From NCBI GenBank assembly GCA_017435255.1, contig JAFSFI010000001.1:40055-104054 (forward strand): a stretch of DNA of 64,000 nucleotides, read 5' to 3'. The notes below the pieces were generated by a model. The model made no database searches, had not been told where the DNA came from, and worked only from the letters and a program-made list of their open reading frames with translations. Position 1 is the first letter of the stretch. Each line of letters starts with the position of its first letter. Made by a program: the position numbers and the translations under genes. This document shows positions 38,337 through 49,383 of the stretch, piece by piece. The stretch is from Bacilli bacterium. Its GTDB lineage: Bacteria; Bacillota_I; Bacilli_A; RF39; UBA660.

Positions 38337-40949
38337 ATGAAAAAAGTAATATTGATAGATGGTAATAATATTTTATTTAGGAGTTATTATGCTACTGCAT
38401 ATACAGGAACAATTATGAGAAATTCTAAAGGATTTCCTACTAATGCTTTATATGGTTTTATTAATATGATAAATAAAATTATTAATGAAGAACGCCCTTC
38501 ATATGTTATGATTGCGTTTGATAAAGGTAAAACATTTAGACATGATAAATATGAAGTATATAAAGATGGTAGACGTGAGACACCAAGTGAATTAAAGGAA
38601 CAGTTTCCTGTTGCTAAAAGATTAGTAGAAGCTATGGGAATTGCTTGCTATGAAATTGATAATTATGAAGCCGATGATATTATTGGTACTTTTGCTAGAT
38701 GTGTCGATGAAGATAAAGAATATACTGCTACTATTATTAGTAGTGATAAAGATTTATTACAATTAATTAGTGATGAAGTAGATGTTAAGTTATTAAAACA
38801 AACAGGGTTCATTCGCATGGATAGAAATGAATTTATTAATACATATGGTGTTGAACCAGCAAGAATGGTAGATTTAAAAGCATTAATGGGGGATGCTTCT
38901 GATAATATTCCTGGAGTAAAAGGTATAGGGGAAAAGACTGCGATTAACCTATTAAAAGAATATGGAACTTTAGAAAATTTATATAATAATATTGATAGTG
39001 TTAAAGGTAAAATGAAAGAAAAGTTAATTGATGATAAAGAAAATGCTTTTATGAGTTATGATCTTGCAACAATTTATAAAGAAGTACCTATTGATACTGA
39101 TTTTGAAAAAATTAAATATAGGGGAATAGATGCTTTAAAATATATTGAAATATTAGAAGAATTAGAGTTTTATTCTTTATTAAAAAAAGTAAATATAGAT
39201 AAAGATCTAATGCGAGAAAATGAGACAAATGATATAGAGTATACTATTGTAGACGATTTAAGTAATTTAAATATTACTTCCAATTATTCAATATATTTAG
39301 AAACTCTTGGCTACAATTATCATAAAGATGCTCCTATAGGATTAGGTATATATGATGGAGAGAAAGCTTATTATGTTCCTTTTTCTGTATTAGAAAAATG
39401 TCCTAATTTTTTAGAAAGTTCTTTTGAAAAATATACATATGATGTAAAGAAATTAATAGTAGTATTAGATAGATATGGAATAAAGATTAATAACTTATGT
39501 TATGATGCTATGATAGCAGGTTACTTATTAAATCTTAATGTAAAAGATGATATTGGATATTTAATGAATAATAAAGGTTATAAAGTAGATTTTTATTTAG
39601 ATTATTTTGGTAATCCTAATAAATTAAAGATGCCTGACGATGATTTATATATAAGTAATATTATTAAGAAGGCCAAGTTCTTATATGAATCTAGGGAAGA
39701 GTTATTAGATAGTTTAAAAAAAGAAGAGTCATACGAATTATATAATAATATTGAACTTCCTTTAGCGTTTGTTCTTGCTGATATGGAATTAACAGGTATT
39801 AAAATTGATCAAGAATTCTTACGTGATATGGGAAAAGAATTAGATACTAAAATAGAGATGTTAGAAGATACTATTCATGAATATGCTGGAAAAGAATTTA
39901 ATATTTCGTCTCCTAAACAATTAGCGGAAGTTTTATTTATAGATTTAGGAATTCCTTATCCTAAAAGAACTAAAGATAATAGTTATTCTACTAGTAAAGA
40001 AATATTAGATAAAATAGTAAATATTCATCCAATAATACCTGCAATTATGGAATATAGGTTGTTATCTAAATTAAATGGGAATTATGTAATTGGTTTATTA
40101 AATGAAGTCCATGATGACGGTAAAATACACACCATGTTTAATCAAACTTTAACTAGAACAGGAAGACTATCATCATCTAATCCTAATTTACAAAATTTAC
40201 CAATTCGTCAAGAATATGGTAAGTGTCTAAGAAAAGCCTTTATTCCAGAGGAAAATAGTCTTTTATTATCATCTGACTATTCACAAATAGAACTTAGAAT
40301 TTTTGCGCATATGGCTAATGCTAAGAATTTAATAGAGGCATTTAAAGAAGGAAAAGACATACATACTAAAACAGCTAGTGATATATTTGGTGTAAGTGAA
40401 GATATGGTCACTAAAGAAATGCGTCATCAAGCTAAAGCGGTTAATTTTGGCATATTATATGGTATTAGTAGTTTTGGTTTAGGAGAAGACTTAAATATTG
40501 ATTATATAACTGCTAAGAACTTTATTACCAATTATTTAAATAGTTATCCAGAAATTAAGCTGTATATGGATAATATTATTAAAGAAGCATATGAAAAAGG
40601 ATTTGTTAAAACTATTATGAATAGAAAAAGAACAATTGAAGAATTAAGTAGTAAAAACTATATGATTAGAACTAGTGGTGAAAGAATAGCACTTAATACT
40701 CCAATTCAAGGTAGCAGTGCTGATATTTTGAAAAAAGCGATGGTTGAAATATATGATGAGTTCAAAAAAAGGAATTTGAAAAGTAAAATGTTAATTCAAG
40801 TACACGATGAACTTGTTATTAACACATTAGAAGAAGAAATAGAAGAAGTTGAGGGTATTGTTAAAAATATTATGGAAAATACATATAAATTAGAGGTTCC
40901 TTTAAAGGTAGAAATAAGTACAGGAAATAATTTATATGATGCAAAGTAG
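38337..40949 (+). CDS. polA: DNA polymerase I
   Basis: 5'-3' exonuclease (LIDGN, EADDIIG, GDASDNIPGVKGIG); pol A motifs (TGRLSS..PNLQN, DYSQIELR, KAVNFGILYG, QVHDEL). Confidence 0.98.
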   Translation: MKKVILIDGNNILFRSYYATAYTGTIMRNSKGFPTNALYGFINMINKIINEERPSYVMIAFDKGKTFRHDKYEVYKDGRRETPSELKEQFPVAKRLVEAMGIACYEIDNYEADDIIGTFARCVDEDKEYTATIISSDKDLLQLISDEVDVKLLKQTGFIRMDRNEFINTYGVEPARMVDLKALMGDASDNIPGVKGIGEKTAINLLKEYGTLENLYNNIDSVKGKMKEKLIDDKENAFMSYDLATIYKEVPIDTDFEKIKYRGIDALKYIEILEELEFYSLLKKVNIDKDLMRENETNDIEYTIVDDLSNLNITSNYSIYLETLGYNYHKDAPIGLGIYDGEKAYYVPFSVLEKCPNFLESSFEKYTYDVKKLIVVLDRYGIKINNLCYDAMIAGYLLNLNVKDDIGYLMNNKGYKVDFYLDYFGNPNKLKMPDDDLYISNIIKKAKFLYESREELLDSLKKEESYELYNNIELPLAFVLADMELTGIKIDQEFLRDMGKELDTKIEMLEDTIHEYAGKEFNISSPKQLAEVLFIDLGIPYPKRTKDNSYSTSKEILDKIVNIHPIIPAIMEYRLLSKLNGNYVIGLLNEVHDDGKIHTMFNQTLTRTGRLSSSNPNLQNLPIRQEYGKCLRKAFIPEENSLLLSSDYSQIELRIFAHMANAKNLIEAFKEGKDIHTKTASDIFGVSEDMVTKEMRHQAKAVNFGILYGISSFGLGEDLNIDYITAKNFITNYLNSYPEIKLYMDNIIKEAYEKGFVKTIMNRKRTIEELSSKNYMIRTSGERIALNTPIQGSSADILKKAMVEIYDEFKKRNLKSKMLIQVHDELVINTLEEEIEEVEGIVKNIMENTYKLEVPLKVEISTGNNLYDAK

Positions 40950-40957
40950 GTGATAAT

Positions 40958-41779
40958 ATGCCTGAATTACCAGAGGTAGAAACAGTCAAAGAAACATTAA
41001 AAAGAAAAGTCCTAAATAAAACAATAACAGAAGTTACTGTTTTATACGAAGGTATTATTGAAAGCCCAAGTGTTTTAGATTTTGCAAATAAAATACAAGG
41101 GCAAACTATTAAAGATATTACTAGACTAGGTAAGTGGTTGATATTTCATTTGGATGATTACTTTCTATTATCACATTTAAGAATGGAAGGCAAATACTTC
41201 TTAAAAAATACTAACGAAGATTACACCAAGCATGAACATGTGATATTTAAGTTTTCTGATAATACTGATTTAAGATATCAAGACACTAGAAAATTTGGTA
41301 AAATGCTTCTTGTTGATAAAGATAAATTAAATGAAGCTCGTCCTATAAAAGAATTGGGTTTAGAGCCGTGGTCCAATCTTCTTACTAAAGAATATCTTAA
41401 ATTAAAATATAAAACCAAAAGATTACCTATAAAAACAGTTATATTAGATCAAAGTATTATAACTGGAATAGGTAATATATATGCAGATGAAATATTATTT
41501 TTAAGTAGAATTAATCCTTTAACTAAAGTAAATTTATTACGTAACAAAGATCTTGATAATATTATAGATAATACTAGAAAAGTATTAGAAAAAGCTATTA
41601 AAGAAGGTGGAACTACTATTAGAAGTTATACATCTGATGAAGGTGTTACTGGTAGATTTCAAAATGAACTATATGTTCATTGTAGAGAAAATGAGTCTTG
41701 TTTAATATGTGGAAGTAAGATATTAAAAACAAGAGTTGGTGGAAGAGGGACGTATTATTGTCCTAAATGTCAAAAATAA
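40958..41779 (+). CDS. mutM: Formamidopyrimidine-DNA glycosylase
   Basis: MPELPEVET, HLRMEG, GIGNIYADE, C-terminal zinc finger RGTYYCPKCQ. Confidence 0.98.
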   Translation: MPELPEVETVKETLKRKVLNKTITEVTVLYEGIIESPSVLDFANKIQGQTIKDITRLGKWLIFHLDDYFLLSHLRMEGKYFLKNTNEDYTKHEHVIFKFSDNTDLRYQDTRKFGKMLLVDKDKLNEARPIKELGLEPWSNLLTKEYLKLKYKTKRLPIKTVILDQSIITGIGNIYADEILFLSRINPLTKVNLLRNKDLDNIIDNTRKVLEKAIKEGGTTIRSYTSDEGVTGRFQNELYVHCRENESCLICGSKILKTRVGGRGTYYCPKCQK

Positions 41780-41790
41780 AAAGAGTCTTT

Positions 41791-42363
41791 TTATGAATAA
41801 AGACTCTTCATTTTTTGTGTTTGATATGAACCAAAGTCACTAATCGTCGTAAGCATTTGGTTTACTTCATTATATCCTATATTCCATGATTTATTTATTG
41901 CTAAATGATGGTTAGGCATTCCCATACTATCTATGTAAGTAGAAATTAAAGCAGTTCGAATATCTGGATCGTTTTTAATTTTGCTTTCTACTGTATCAAA
42001 GTATTCTTCTTTTAAAAGAACAGTAAACATATCTAAGTATTGTGAATTTTGAGAAGTTAGATAATATCTTTTTAATAAAATAAAATCTAATTTTCTTTCT
42101 GAAATTATTCCATTTGTAAACATACAACAAAACATATTGTAATCTCTAGCATAAGCAATCACATTATCTCTACCAAAGTTATTAACTAAATAATTCATTT
42201 TATCTAAAAAGTATTTTTCGTGTTGTGTATCCATTGACATAAGTACTAAATCTTCGTTATTTTGCGTAGCCATTATTGCACCCCCTTTTTTAAGCGCTTC
42301 TAAAGTATAATATTTTTCTTTAGTTTTGTCAACTAATAAAAAAGAATGAATAGTTTTATTCAT
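41791..42363 (-). CDS. Hypothetical protein (orphan), coupled to the murD2 end
   Basis: 190 aa; start overlaps the murD2 stop by 8 nt. Confidence 0.7.
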   Translation of the reverse strand: MNKTIHSFLLVDKTKEKYYTLEALKKGGAIMATQNNEDLVLMSMDTQHEKYFLDKMNYLVNNFGRDNVIAYARDYNMFCCMFTNGIISERKLDFILLKRYYLTSQNSQYLDMFTVLLKEEYFDTVESKIKNDPDIRTALISTYIDSMGMPNHHLAINKSWNIGYNEVNQMLTTISDFGSYQTQKMKSLYS

Positions 42364-43708
42364 TCTTAACTAACTTTTTAAATACTTCGCCTTTTTCTTG
42401 AAAGTTTTTAAAATATTCATAACTAGCTGCCGCGGGGGACAACAAACATATTTGTCCACTTCTAGTTACCTCTTTAGCTTTTTCTACAGCTTCTTCTAAA
42501 GTATCTACTATGTAGATATTTTTGTTTGCTGTTTTTAATTTTTTTGCAATAGTATGTCCTGTAGTAGGCATACATATTAAGTTTTCTATATTAGAGTTTT
42601 TTAAATACTTTATGAAATAATTATAATTAATACCTCTATCTAATCCACCAAAAATAAGTGTATTGACTTTTTCTAATGAATTGATTGCATTTATAGTTGC
42701 TTCAGGGATAGTTGCAATAACGTCATTATAATAGGTAATATCATTAAAAGTTCCAACTAATTCAAGTCTATGTTCTAATGGCTTAAAGTTATTAATCGCA
42801 TCAATTGTATTTTGATTATTTAGTCCTAAGATATTACTTACTGTTAATACTAACATAATATTAATAATGTTGTGATTACCAATTAAGTTTCTTTTATTAG
42901 TTAAATCGTATACTTTTTCACCGTTAATATAAATGAAATGATTATCACAGTAAGTATGTAAGTTTTGATTATTAAAATCTACAGTTAGTATTTTGGTGTT
43001 AGTGTTAGTAGAACTAATATATTTGTTAATAGTATTACAACCTTCAAAATATATTAAATAATCATTTTCATCTTGATATCTAGTTATATTAAGTTTTGAC
43101 TGATAATAAGCATCTATTCCATTTGTATGATCTAGATGATCTTGATAGAAATTAGTAATTATTGATATTCTTGGAGAATAGTTAATAAATTCTAGTTGAT
43201 GAGAAGACATTTCTACAACTAGTAATGTATCTTTTCGAATTTGATCTATAAAGTCAAAAATAGGAGTTCCAATATTTCCTAATAAAAAACAATCTTTATT
43301 ATTATTTTTTAAAATATCATACATAAGTGATGATGTTGTACTTTTACCTTTAGTACCCGTAACTCCTATAATGTTATTTTTAAAATATTTTATTAGAAAC
43401 TCTAACTGAGAAAAGATTTTGTGTTCTATGTTTTTGATATTAATATCTTTAAAAGATATACCAGGAGTTTTCATAATGATATCATACTGTTCTAAGTTAT
43501 CCAGATAATCATCACCTGTAATAAAAGTGATATTTTTATCTTTTGATAATACTGGATCACATTTTATTTCGCCATTATTATCTCTTATAGTAATAGTAAT
43601 ATCTTTAAAATATTTTCTTAAGAATATATATGTTGATCTTCCTTCTTTACCAAAACCTAAAATAACTATATTTTTATTTTTAAATTCATTTATTAATTGT
43701 TCTAACAA
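42356..43708 (-). CDS. murD: UDP-MurNAc-L-Ala:glutamate ligase, probably L-Glu-specific MurD2
   Basis: LGFGKEGRS, KTPGIS, VTGTKGKSTT, GNIG.P, EMSSHQL, HRLE, YNDVIATIPEAT, LLSPAAASY; abuts murL. Confidence 0.9.
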   Translation of the reverse strand: MLEQLINEFKNKNIVILGFGKEGRSTYIFLRKYFKDITITIRDNNGEIKCDPVLSKDKNITFITGDDYLDNLEQYDIIMKTPGISFKDINIKNIEHKIFSQLEFLIKYFKNNIIGVTGTKGKSTTSSLMYDILKNNNKDCFLLGNIGTPIFDFIDQIRKDTLLVVEMSSHQLEFINYSPRISIITNFYQDHLDHTNGIDAYYQSKLNITRYQDENDYLIYFEGCNTINKYISSTNTNTKILTVDFNNQNLHTYCDNHFIYINGEKVYDLTNKRNLIGNHNIINIMLVLTVSNILGLNNQNTIDAINNFKPLEHRLELVGTFNDITYYNDVIATIPEATINAINSLEKVNTLIFGGLDRGINYNYFIKYLKNSNIENLICMPTTGHTIAKKLKTANKNIYIVDTLEEAVEKAKEVTRSGQICLLSPAAASYEYFKNFQEKGEVFKKLVKNE

Positions 43709-45070
43709 TTAAATCAACTCCTTTTTGATTTTATCTATATATTGTGCTTTAACATTGTGCTCATCGTTAAAATAATTTATTAGTTCATAATCGGTTAAAG
43801 GATAGTTATCAAAATAAAATTGTAATAAATAAGGTAATTTTTTGTTTTTGTTTAATATTCTTTTAATTGTTCTTGTGCAAGCATATCTTACTTCTTCATA
43901 TGTACCAACACATTCGAATGGTTTGTTAGAAGAATATCCTAATAATTCTTTAAATTCTTCTAACATGTTATTATCATCTAACATGTTTTTTTGAAATATC
44001 TGAGTAAGTTTATCTAATTCAATAAAAGGACTTAGTATAGTAAATACAAATAAGCATTTAGGACAATCGCTACACCAATTAGTATTAGAATTTTTACTAC
44101 TTAAATTGCAACTTCTAAATATATTATGATATTTTTCATGCTTAGCAAAAATTTTAGCAATTTGGATTTCTAATAATGGTCTTAATAGACTATAGTATTC
44201 AATTTCTTTAGTGAAATATTTGTTTGTATATTCTCTAAAGTCATTTTCAAATTCTATACTTTTTGAATATTGATGGTTAACAGTTGTTCCATTTACATTA
44301 CCTTCGTTGCTACTAGCTTCATTAGAAGTAACAATATATTTTTTATTGTTTAGATATGCCATAATAAAACTGGAAAAAGCAAGTAGTGAAGATACCGGTA
44401 CATGCCCATTTAAAAATCCTTTTTTATTTAATTCTAGTAATAGACTGTCTATTTCAGCATCAAATATTACTATATCATCATCTGTATAGTTAGCGGTATA
44501 AATAGAATTATATGAAGGCATATTTTTAGGATAAATATTTCTTTCAAATAGAAAGCATTTATTTTGTTCATGCTCTTCTTTTAATAACTCTAATGATACG
44601 ATGGAATCTTTACCTCCACCAACAAGTATTAAATTACCACTAAATTGTTCTTCTAAATTAAAATTAAATTGTTTATTACTATTTATCTTAAAATCAATAA
44701 ATTCTTCATATGATAAATTTATTTTATTACGATAAAAATATTCACCTAAACCATTATATATAAGTTTTTTAAAAAAATTTATTTGGTAATCATCGATATA
44801 TCCTGCTTCTATAGTAATTGTTTTTGGGCAACTTAATTTATAATAATTAATAATATTAACAATACCATAGTTGAAAAATAAATATTCTAAGAAAACATTA
44901 TTAATATTTTTATTAGTGATAAATCTTTTATCTATCGAAATACTAGGAGTAAAAGTATATTCTTCCAAAACATATGTGTATTTAACTTGTATCTTTTCTA
45001 AATCATCTAATATCTCATAACTTTTATAAATGATATTATTATATTTATTTCTTAAATCAACGTTTGTCAT
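43709..45070 (-). CDS. murL: UDP-MurNAc-L-Ala-L-Glu epimerase MurL
   Basis: GLGEYFYRN, GGGKDS, LNGHVPVS, SNEASS, VNHQYSKS, FRSCN, WCSDCPKCLFVF, KPFECVG. Confidence 0.9.
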   Translation of the reverse strand: MTNVDLRNKYNNIIYKSYEILDDLEKIQVKYTYVLEEYTFTPSISIDKRFITNKNINNVFLEYLFFNYGIVNIINYYKLSCPKTITIEAGYIDDYQINFFKKLIYNGLGEYFYRNKINLSYEEFIDFKINSNKQFNFNLEEQFSGNLILVGGGKDSIVSLELLKEEHEQNKCFLFERNIYPKNMPSYNSIYTANYTDDDIVIFDAEIDSLLLELNKKGFLNGHVPVSSLLAFSSFIMAYLNNKKYIVTSNEASSNEGNVNGTTVNHQYSKSIEFENDFREYTNKYFTKEIEYYSLLRPLLEIQIAKIFAKHEKYHNIFRSCNLSSKNSNTNWCSDCPKCLFVFTILSPFIELDKLTQIFQKNMLDDNNMLEEFKELLGYSSNKPFECVGTYEEVRYACTRTIKRILNKNKKLPYLLQFYFDNYPLTDYELINYFNDEHNVKAQYIDKIKKELI

Positions 45071-45200
45071 AACTCCTCCAAAAAAATATTTTTACTAATA
45101 CAATTATATCATATAGATAATATTAATATAACTAAACCGACAAACAGTTGACATGTTATTTAAAAAAATAGTAAAATTAATTATAGTAGGAGTGTTTGTT

Positions 45201-45710
45201 ATGAATAAGAGTCAAAAACAAATAAAAAGGATAATAGCAATAGTATTAGTAACTATTTGCCTTATGATAACAGGGGCTATTGCTTTAGCGCACAATAATG
45301 AAATATTTAAACCAAAACCTGGTGATGGTGCAAGATGGAAAGTTGAATTCACAAGTATTGCTGAAGGTGAAAAAACAGGTAATGCTACTAGTAGAAAACT
45401 ACCAGAGTATACATCTACTAATGTATGGTTTTATGTTGACCTTGTAATGCCGGGTGATTCTATTACTTATGATTTACAAGTTTCTAATTTAGGTAATCTT
45501 GATTCTGTTTTAAACAATATAGAAATAATAACAAGTCCTAATAAGGAAGCTATTAAGTATGAAATCATTGGTATTAAAGAAGGAGACGAACTTCTAGCAG
45601 GGGAAGTGAAAAACTTTCAAGTAAAAGTATCATATATATTAGATGCAGAAGAGGCTGTAACATTTAATAAACCAATATCAATAGTTTTTGATTTTAGACA
45701 AGCACAATAG
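45201..45710 (+). CDS. Secreted/anchored Ig-like protein, TasA/CalY-like motif (paralog of 52119..52637)
   Basis: N-terminal hydrophobic helix; W.V.F, VDLVMPGDSITYDLQVSNLG, GDELLAGE. RBS AGGAG favours start 45201. Confidence 0.6.
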   Translation: MNKSQKQIKRIIAIVLVTICLMITGAIALAHNNEIFKPKPGDGARWKVEFTSIAEGEKTGNATSRKLPEYTSTNVWFYVDLVMPGDSITYDLQVSNLGNLDSVLNNIEIITSPNKEAIKYEIIGIKEGDELLAGEVKNFQVKVSYILDAEEAVTFNKPISIVFDFRQAQ

Positions 45711-45803
45711 TAATAAATTAAAAGTGAAATCGTTTAAATTTTACTTTTTTTTATTTAAAATATTGCATTTTGTAGTATAATAATAATCAGTTTGGAGGTA
45801 GTC

Positions 45804-47528
45804 ATGAATAATCAAAGTATTTTCAATGAAATAAGAGAAAAAATTGATATAGTTGATTTAATTGGTGAATATGTACCTCTTGTTCAAAAAGGACGTAATT
45901 TCTTTGGGGTATGTCCTTTTCATAATGATACAAACCCTTCTATGAGTGTGTCTCGTGATAAGCAAATTTATAAATGTTTTTCTTGTGGTGCATCTGGTAA
46001 TATTTTTACTTTTATAAGAGATTATGAACATATGGATATGAAAGATGTATTAGAACTTCTTGCTCCTCGCGCAGGCGTTACACTTAATACTACTAATATT
46101 CAAAGAAAGACCACCAAATATGACAAGTTCTATGAAATATATAATTTAACTAATAAATTTTATCAAAATAATATAAATACCAAAGATGGAATGGCTGCTA
46201 AAGAATATTTAAAAAATAGACAAATTAGTGAAGAAGTGATTAAAGAATTTGAAATTGGACTTTCACTTGATAGTATGGATTCACTTACTAAAGTATTAAC
46301 TAAAAAAGGCTATGATATATTAACTCTTGATAAAATTGGTCTATCTAGTAATAATCATGATTTGTTTATAAATAGAATAATGGTTCCAATTCATGATATT
46401 TCTGGTAGGGTAGTAGCGTTCTCTGGGAGAATCTATAATAAAAAAAGTGATCATAAATATGTAAATACAAAAGAAACAGAAATTTTTAGAAAAGGAACAA
46501 TTCTTTATAATTATCATCGTTGTAAAGAAACAGCGAGACGTAGTAAATATGTAATTGTTATGGAAGGATACATGGATGTATTTCGTGCTGCGTCTGTAGA
46601 TATTAAAAATGTTGTTGCAATAATGGGAACAGCTCTAACTATAGAACAAGCTAATTTAATAAAAAAGCTATCTAACAATGTTTATTTATGTTTAGATGGG
46701 GATGCTCCAGGACAAAAAGCCATGTTATCTATTGGAGAAGAATTAGAAAAGAATGGTTTGAATGTAAAAATAATAACTCTTACAAATAATGAGGATCCTG
46801 ATACATATATATTAAAGTATGGTAAAGAAGGATTTGAAGACCAAGTTGAAAAAGCAATATCCTTTAGTGACTTTAAATTACAGTCATTAAAAAAAGGGGT
46901 AAATTTTGCTAGTGATTTGGAACTGTCTAATTACGTTAATTCAGTAATAAGAGAAGCAAGCAGCATAGAAGATGAAATTAGAAGAGAAATAATATTGAAA
47001 AAACTTGCATTAGAGACTAATTTGAGTTATAATACCCTAGAAAAAAGGTTGAATGAGTATTTAGAAAAAAGACAAACAAAAAATGTAGTAATTAAAGAAC
47101 TAAAACCAAATAATAAATTATCTAAATATGAAAAAGCAGTATACGGAATGATTTATGCCATATTAACTGATTATAAGTATTTTAAAAAGTTCCAAGATGA
47201 GTCGCTTTATTTTGTAGATCAAAAAACTAGATATTTATTGATGGAAATAGAGTATTATTACAAGAAATTTGGCAATATAGAAATACCAGACTTCTATACT
47301 TATTTACTAGAAAAAGGTGAACTCTTAGAGTTATATAATAATATTATTAATTATGTTGATATTAATAATATTAGCGAAGAAGCAGTAAATGATTTTATGA
47401 GTGTCATTAGGTCGTATAATTTGAGGCTAGAAATTAATCGCCTAACGGAAATGATGAAGAAACAGACAAATGACTTGGAAAAAGCAAAAATTGCTGAACG
47501 AATAAAAGCTCTAAGAATAGGGGAGTGA
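45804..47528 (+). CDS. dnaG: DNA primase
   Basis: CPFHND..CFSCG zinc finger, KYVNTKET, VMEGYMDV, LDGDAPGQ, EDPD. Confidence 0.97.
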   Translation: MNNQSIFNEIREKIDIVDLIGEYVPLVQKGRNFFGVCPFHNDTNPSMSVSRDKQIYKCFSCGASGNIFTFIRDYEHMDMKDVLELLAPRAGVTLNTTNIQRKTTKYDKFYEIYNLTNKFYQNNINTKDGMAAKEYLKNRQISEEVIKEFEIGLSLDSMDSLTKVLTKKGYDILTLDKIGLSSNNHDLFINRIMVPIHDISGRVVAFSGRIYNKKSDHKYVNTKETEIFRKGTILYNYHRCKETARRSKYVIVMEGYMDVFRAASVDIKNVVAIMGTALTIEQANLIKKLSNNVYLCLDGDAPGQKAMLSIGEELEKNGLNVKIITLTNNEDPDTYILKYGKEGFEDQVEKAISFSDFKLQSLKKGVNFASDLELSNYVNSVIREASSIEDEIRREIILKKLALETNLSYNTLEKRLNEYLEKRQTKNVVIKELKPNNKLSKYEKAVYGMIYAILTDYKYFKKFQDESLYFVDQKTRYLLMEIEYYYKKFGNIEIPDFYTYLLEKGELLELYNNIINYVDINNISEEAVNDFMSVIRSYNLRLEINRLTEMMKKQTNDLEKAKIAERIKALRIGE

Positions 47529-47534
47529 ATACTA

Positions 47535-48623
47535 ATGGTAGGAGAAATCAAAACAATAGAAGATAGAAAACAGTCTTTATTAAAATATGGAAAAGAAAAT
47601 GGATATGTAACATATGAACAACTAGCAGAAGAATTAAAAGGGTTAGAGGTTGATAGCGATACATTAGATGACATTTATAATATGTTAGTTGAAAACAATA
47701 TTGAGATAATGTCTGATACTGTAGATAATAGTAATGATGATGAAGATCCATCTAGTTTAGTAGTAGAAGATTTGACTTTATCTAAAGATATTAAAATAAA
47801 TGATCCGGTACGTATGTATTTAAAAGAAATTGGTAGAATTAATTTGCTTACTACTGATGAAGAATTTGAATATGCACGTCTTGCTGAACAAGGAGATGAA
47901 TATGCTAAGAAAATGTTAGCAGAATCTAACCTTCGTTTAGTAGTATCAATTGCCAAAAGATATGTAGGACGAGGAATGTTATTCTTAGATTTAATTCAAG
48001 AAGGAAACATAGGACTTATGAAAGCAGTAGATAAGTATGATCCTGATAAAGGATTTAAATTCTCTACTTATGCTACATGGTGGATACGTCAAGCCATTAC
48101 TCGTGCTATAGCAGATCAAGCTAGAACAATAAGAGTTCCAGTTCATATGGTTGAGACTATTAATAAATTAGCAAGAGCACAAAGACAATTAACACAAGAA
48201 TTAAATAGAGAGCCTAGTGAAGAAGAACTTGCAAAGAAATTAGGTATTACTGTAGAAAAAGTAAGAGAAGTATATAAAATTTCTCAAGATCCAGTATCAC
48301 TTGAAACACCAATTGGTGAAGAAGATGATTCTCACTTAGGAGATTTTATAAAAGATGAAAGAACAATGTCTCCTGAAGAATATGCTACAGTAGAAATGTT
48401 AAAAGAAGAATTAACTAATGTTTTATTAACTTTAACTGATAGAGAAGAAAAAGTATTAAGATTAAGATTTGGTCTTGATGATGGACAATGTAGGACACTT
48501 GAAGAAGTAGGGCAAATCTTTGGTGTAACACGTGAACGTATCCGTCAGATTGAAGCTAAAGCATTAAGAAAATTAAGACATCCATCAAGATCTAGAAAAT
48601 TAAAGGATTTCTTAATTGACTAA
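47535..48623 (+). CDS. sigA: Primary sigma factor SigA/RpoD
   Basis: [53 protein letters not shown]. Confidence 0.98.
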   Translation: MVGEIKTIEDRKQSLLKYGKENGYVTYEQLAEELKGLEVDSDTLDDIYNMLVENNIEIMSDTVDNSNDDEDPSSLVVEDLTLSKDIKINDPVRMYLKEIGRINLLTTDEEFEYARLAEQGDEYAKKMLAESNLRLVVSIAKRYVGRGMLFLDLIQEGNIGLMKAVDKYDPDKGFKFSTYATWWIRQAITRAIADQARTIRVPVHMVETINKLARAQRQLTQELNREPSEEELAKKLGITVEKVREVYKISQDPVSLETPIGEEDDSHLGDFIKDERTMSPEEYATVEMLKEELTNVLLTLTDREEKVLRLRFGLDDGQCRTLEEVGQIFGVTRERIRQIEAKALRKLRHPSRSRKLKDFLID

Positions 48624-49288
48624 TGAAAATAAGTAAAAGATTAAAAGCAATTAGTAATTTTATAGAAGATAATAGTAATGTAATAGATGTCGGGTGCGAT
48701 CATGCGCTTTTAGACATCTATTTGTTTAATAATAAAAAAAATATAAAATTAATTGCATCTGATATTAAAGAAGGGCCCCTAGAACAAGCCCAAAAAAACA
48801 TAAAAAAGTATGGATGTAATATAAAAGTTAAATTAGGATATGGAATATCTACTATAGAAGAAGATATTGATACAATAGTTATTGCTGGAATGGGTGGAGA
48901 TACTATTGTTGATATATTAGATGAAGATAAAGATAAGTTAAACAATGTCAAAACTATAGTCATATCTCCTCAAAGCGAGTGGAAAAAAACCAGAAAATTT
49001 ATCAATGATTTAGGATTTTACATATCTAGTGAACAAATTATAGAGGATAATAACAAGTTCTATTTAATAATTAAATTTGTTAAAGGAAATAAAAAATATA
49101 GTAATAAAGAATTAGAATATGGCCCTATTCTTTTACAACAAAAATCTAAAGAATTTATTAAATATTACAATATAGTGTTAGAAGAAAAAATAAACATTTT
49201 AAAAAAGATACCAATATTAAAAATAAAAAAGAGAATAGATAATAAAAATCAAATAAAGTCTATTAGAAAAACATTAAAAAGTGAATGA
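48623..49288 (+). CDS. trmK: tRNA m1A22 methyltransferase
   Basis: SKRLKAI, DVGCDHALL, IAGMGG; synteny after sigA. Confidence 0.93.
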   Translation: MKISKRLKAISNFIEDNSNVIDVGCDHALLDIYLFNNKKNIKLIASDIKEGPLEQAQKNIKKYGCNIKVKLGYGISTIEEDIDTIVIAGMGGDTIVDILDEDKDKLNNVKTIVISPQSEWKKTRKFINDLGFYISSEQIIEDNNKFYLIIKFVKGNKKYSNKELEYGPILLQQKSKEFIKYYNIVLEEKINILKKIPILKIKKRIDNKNQIKSIRKTLKSE

Positions 49289-49383
49289 ATTATGTCATTC
49301 ATTTTTTAATTTTGTCTATTTGTGTTATAAATATTGTTTTCTTATAATCTTTTATAAAGATATTTATAAGAAAGGAGTAAGGA

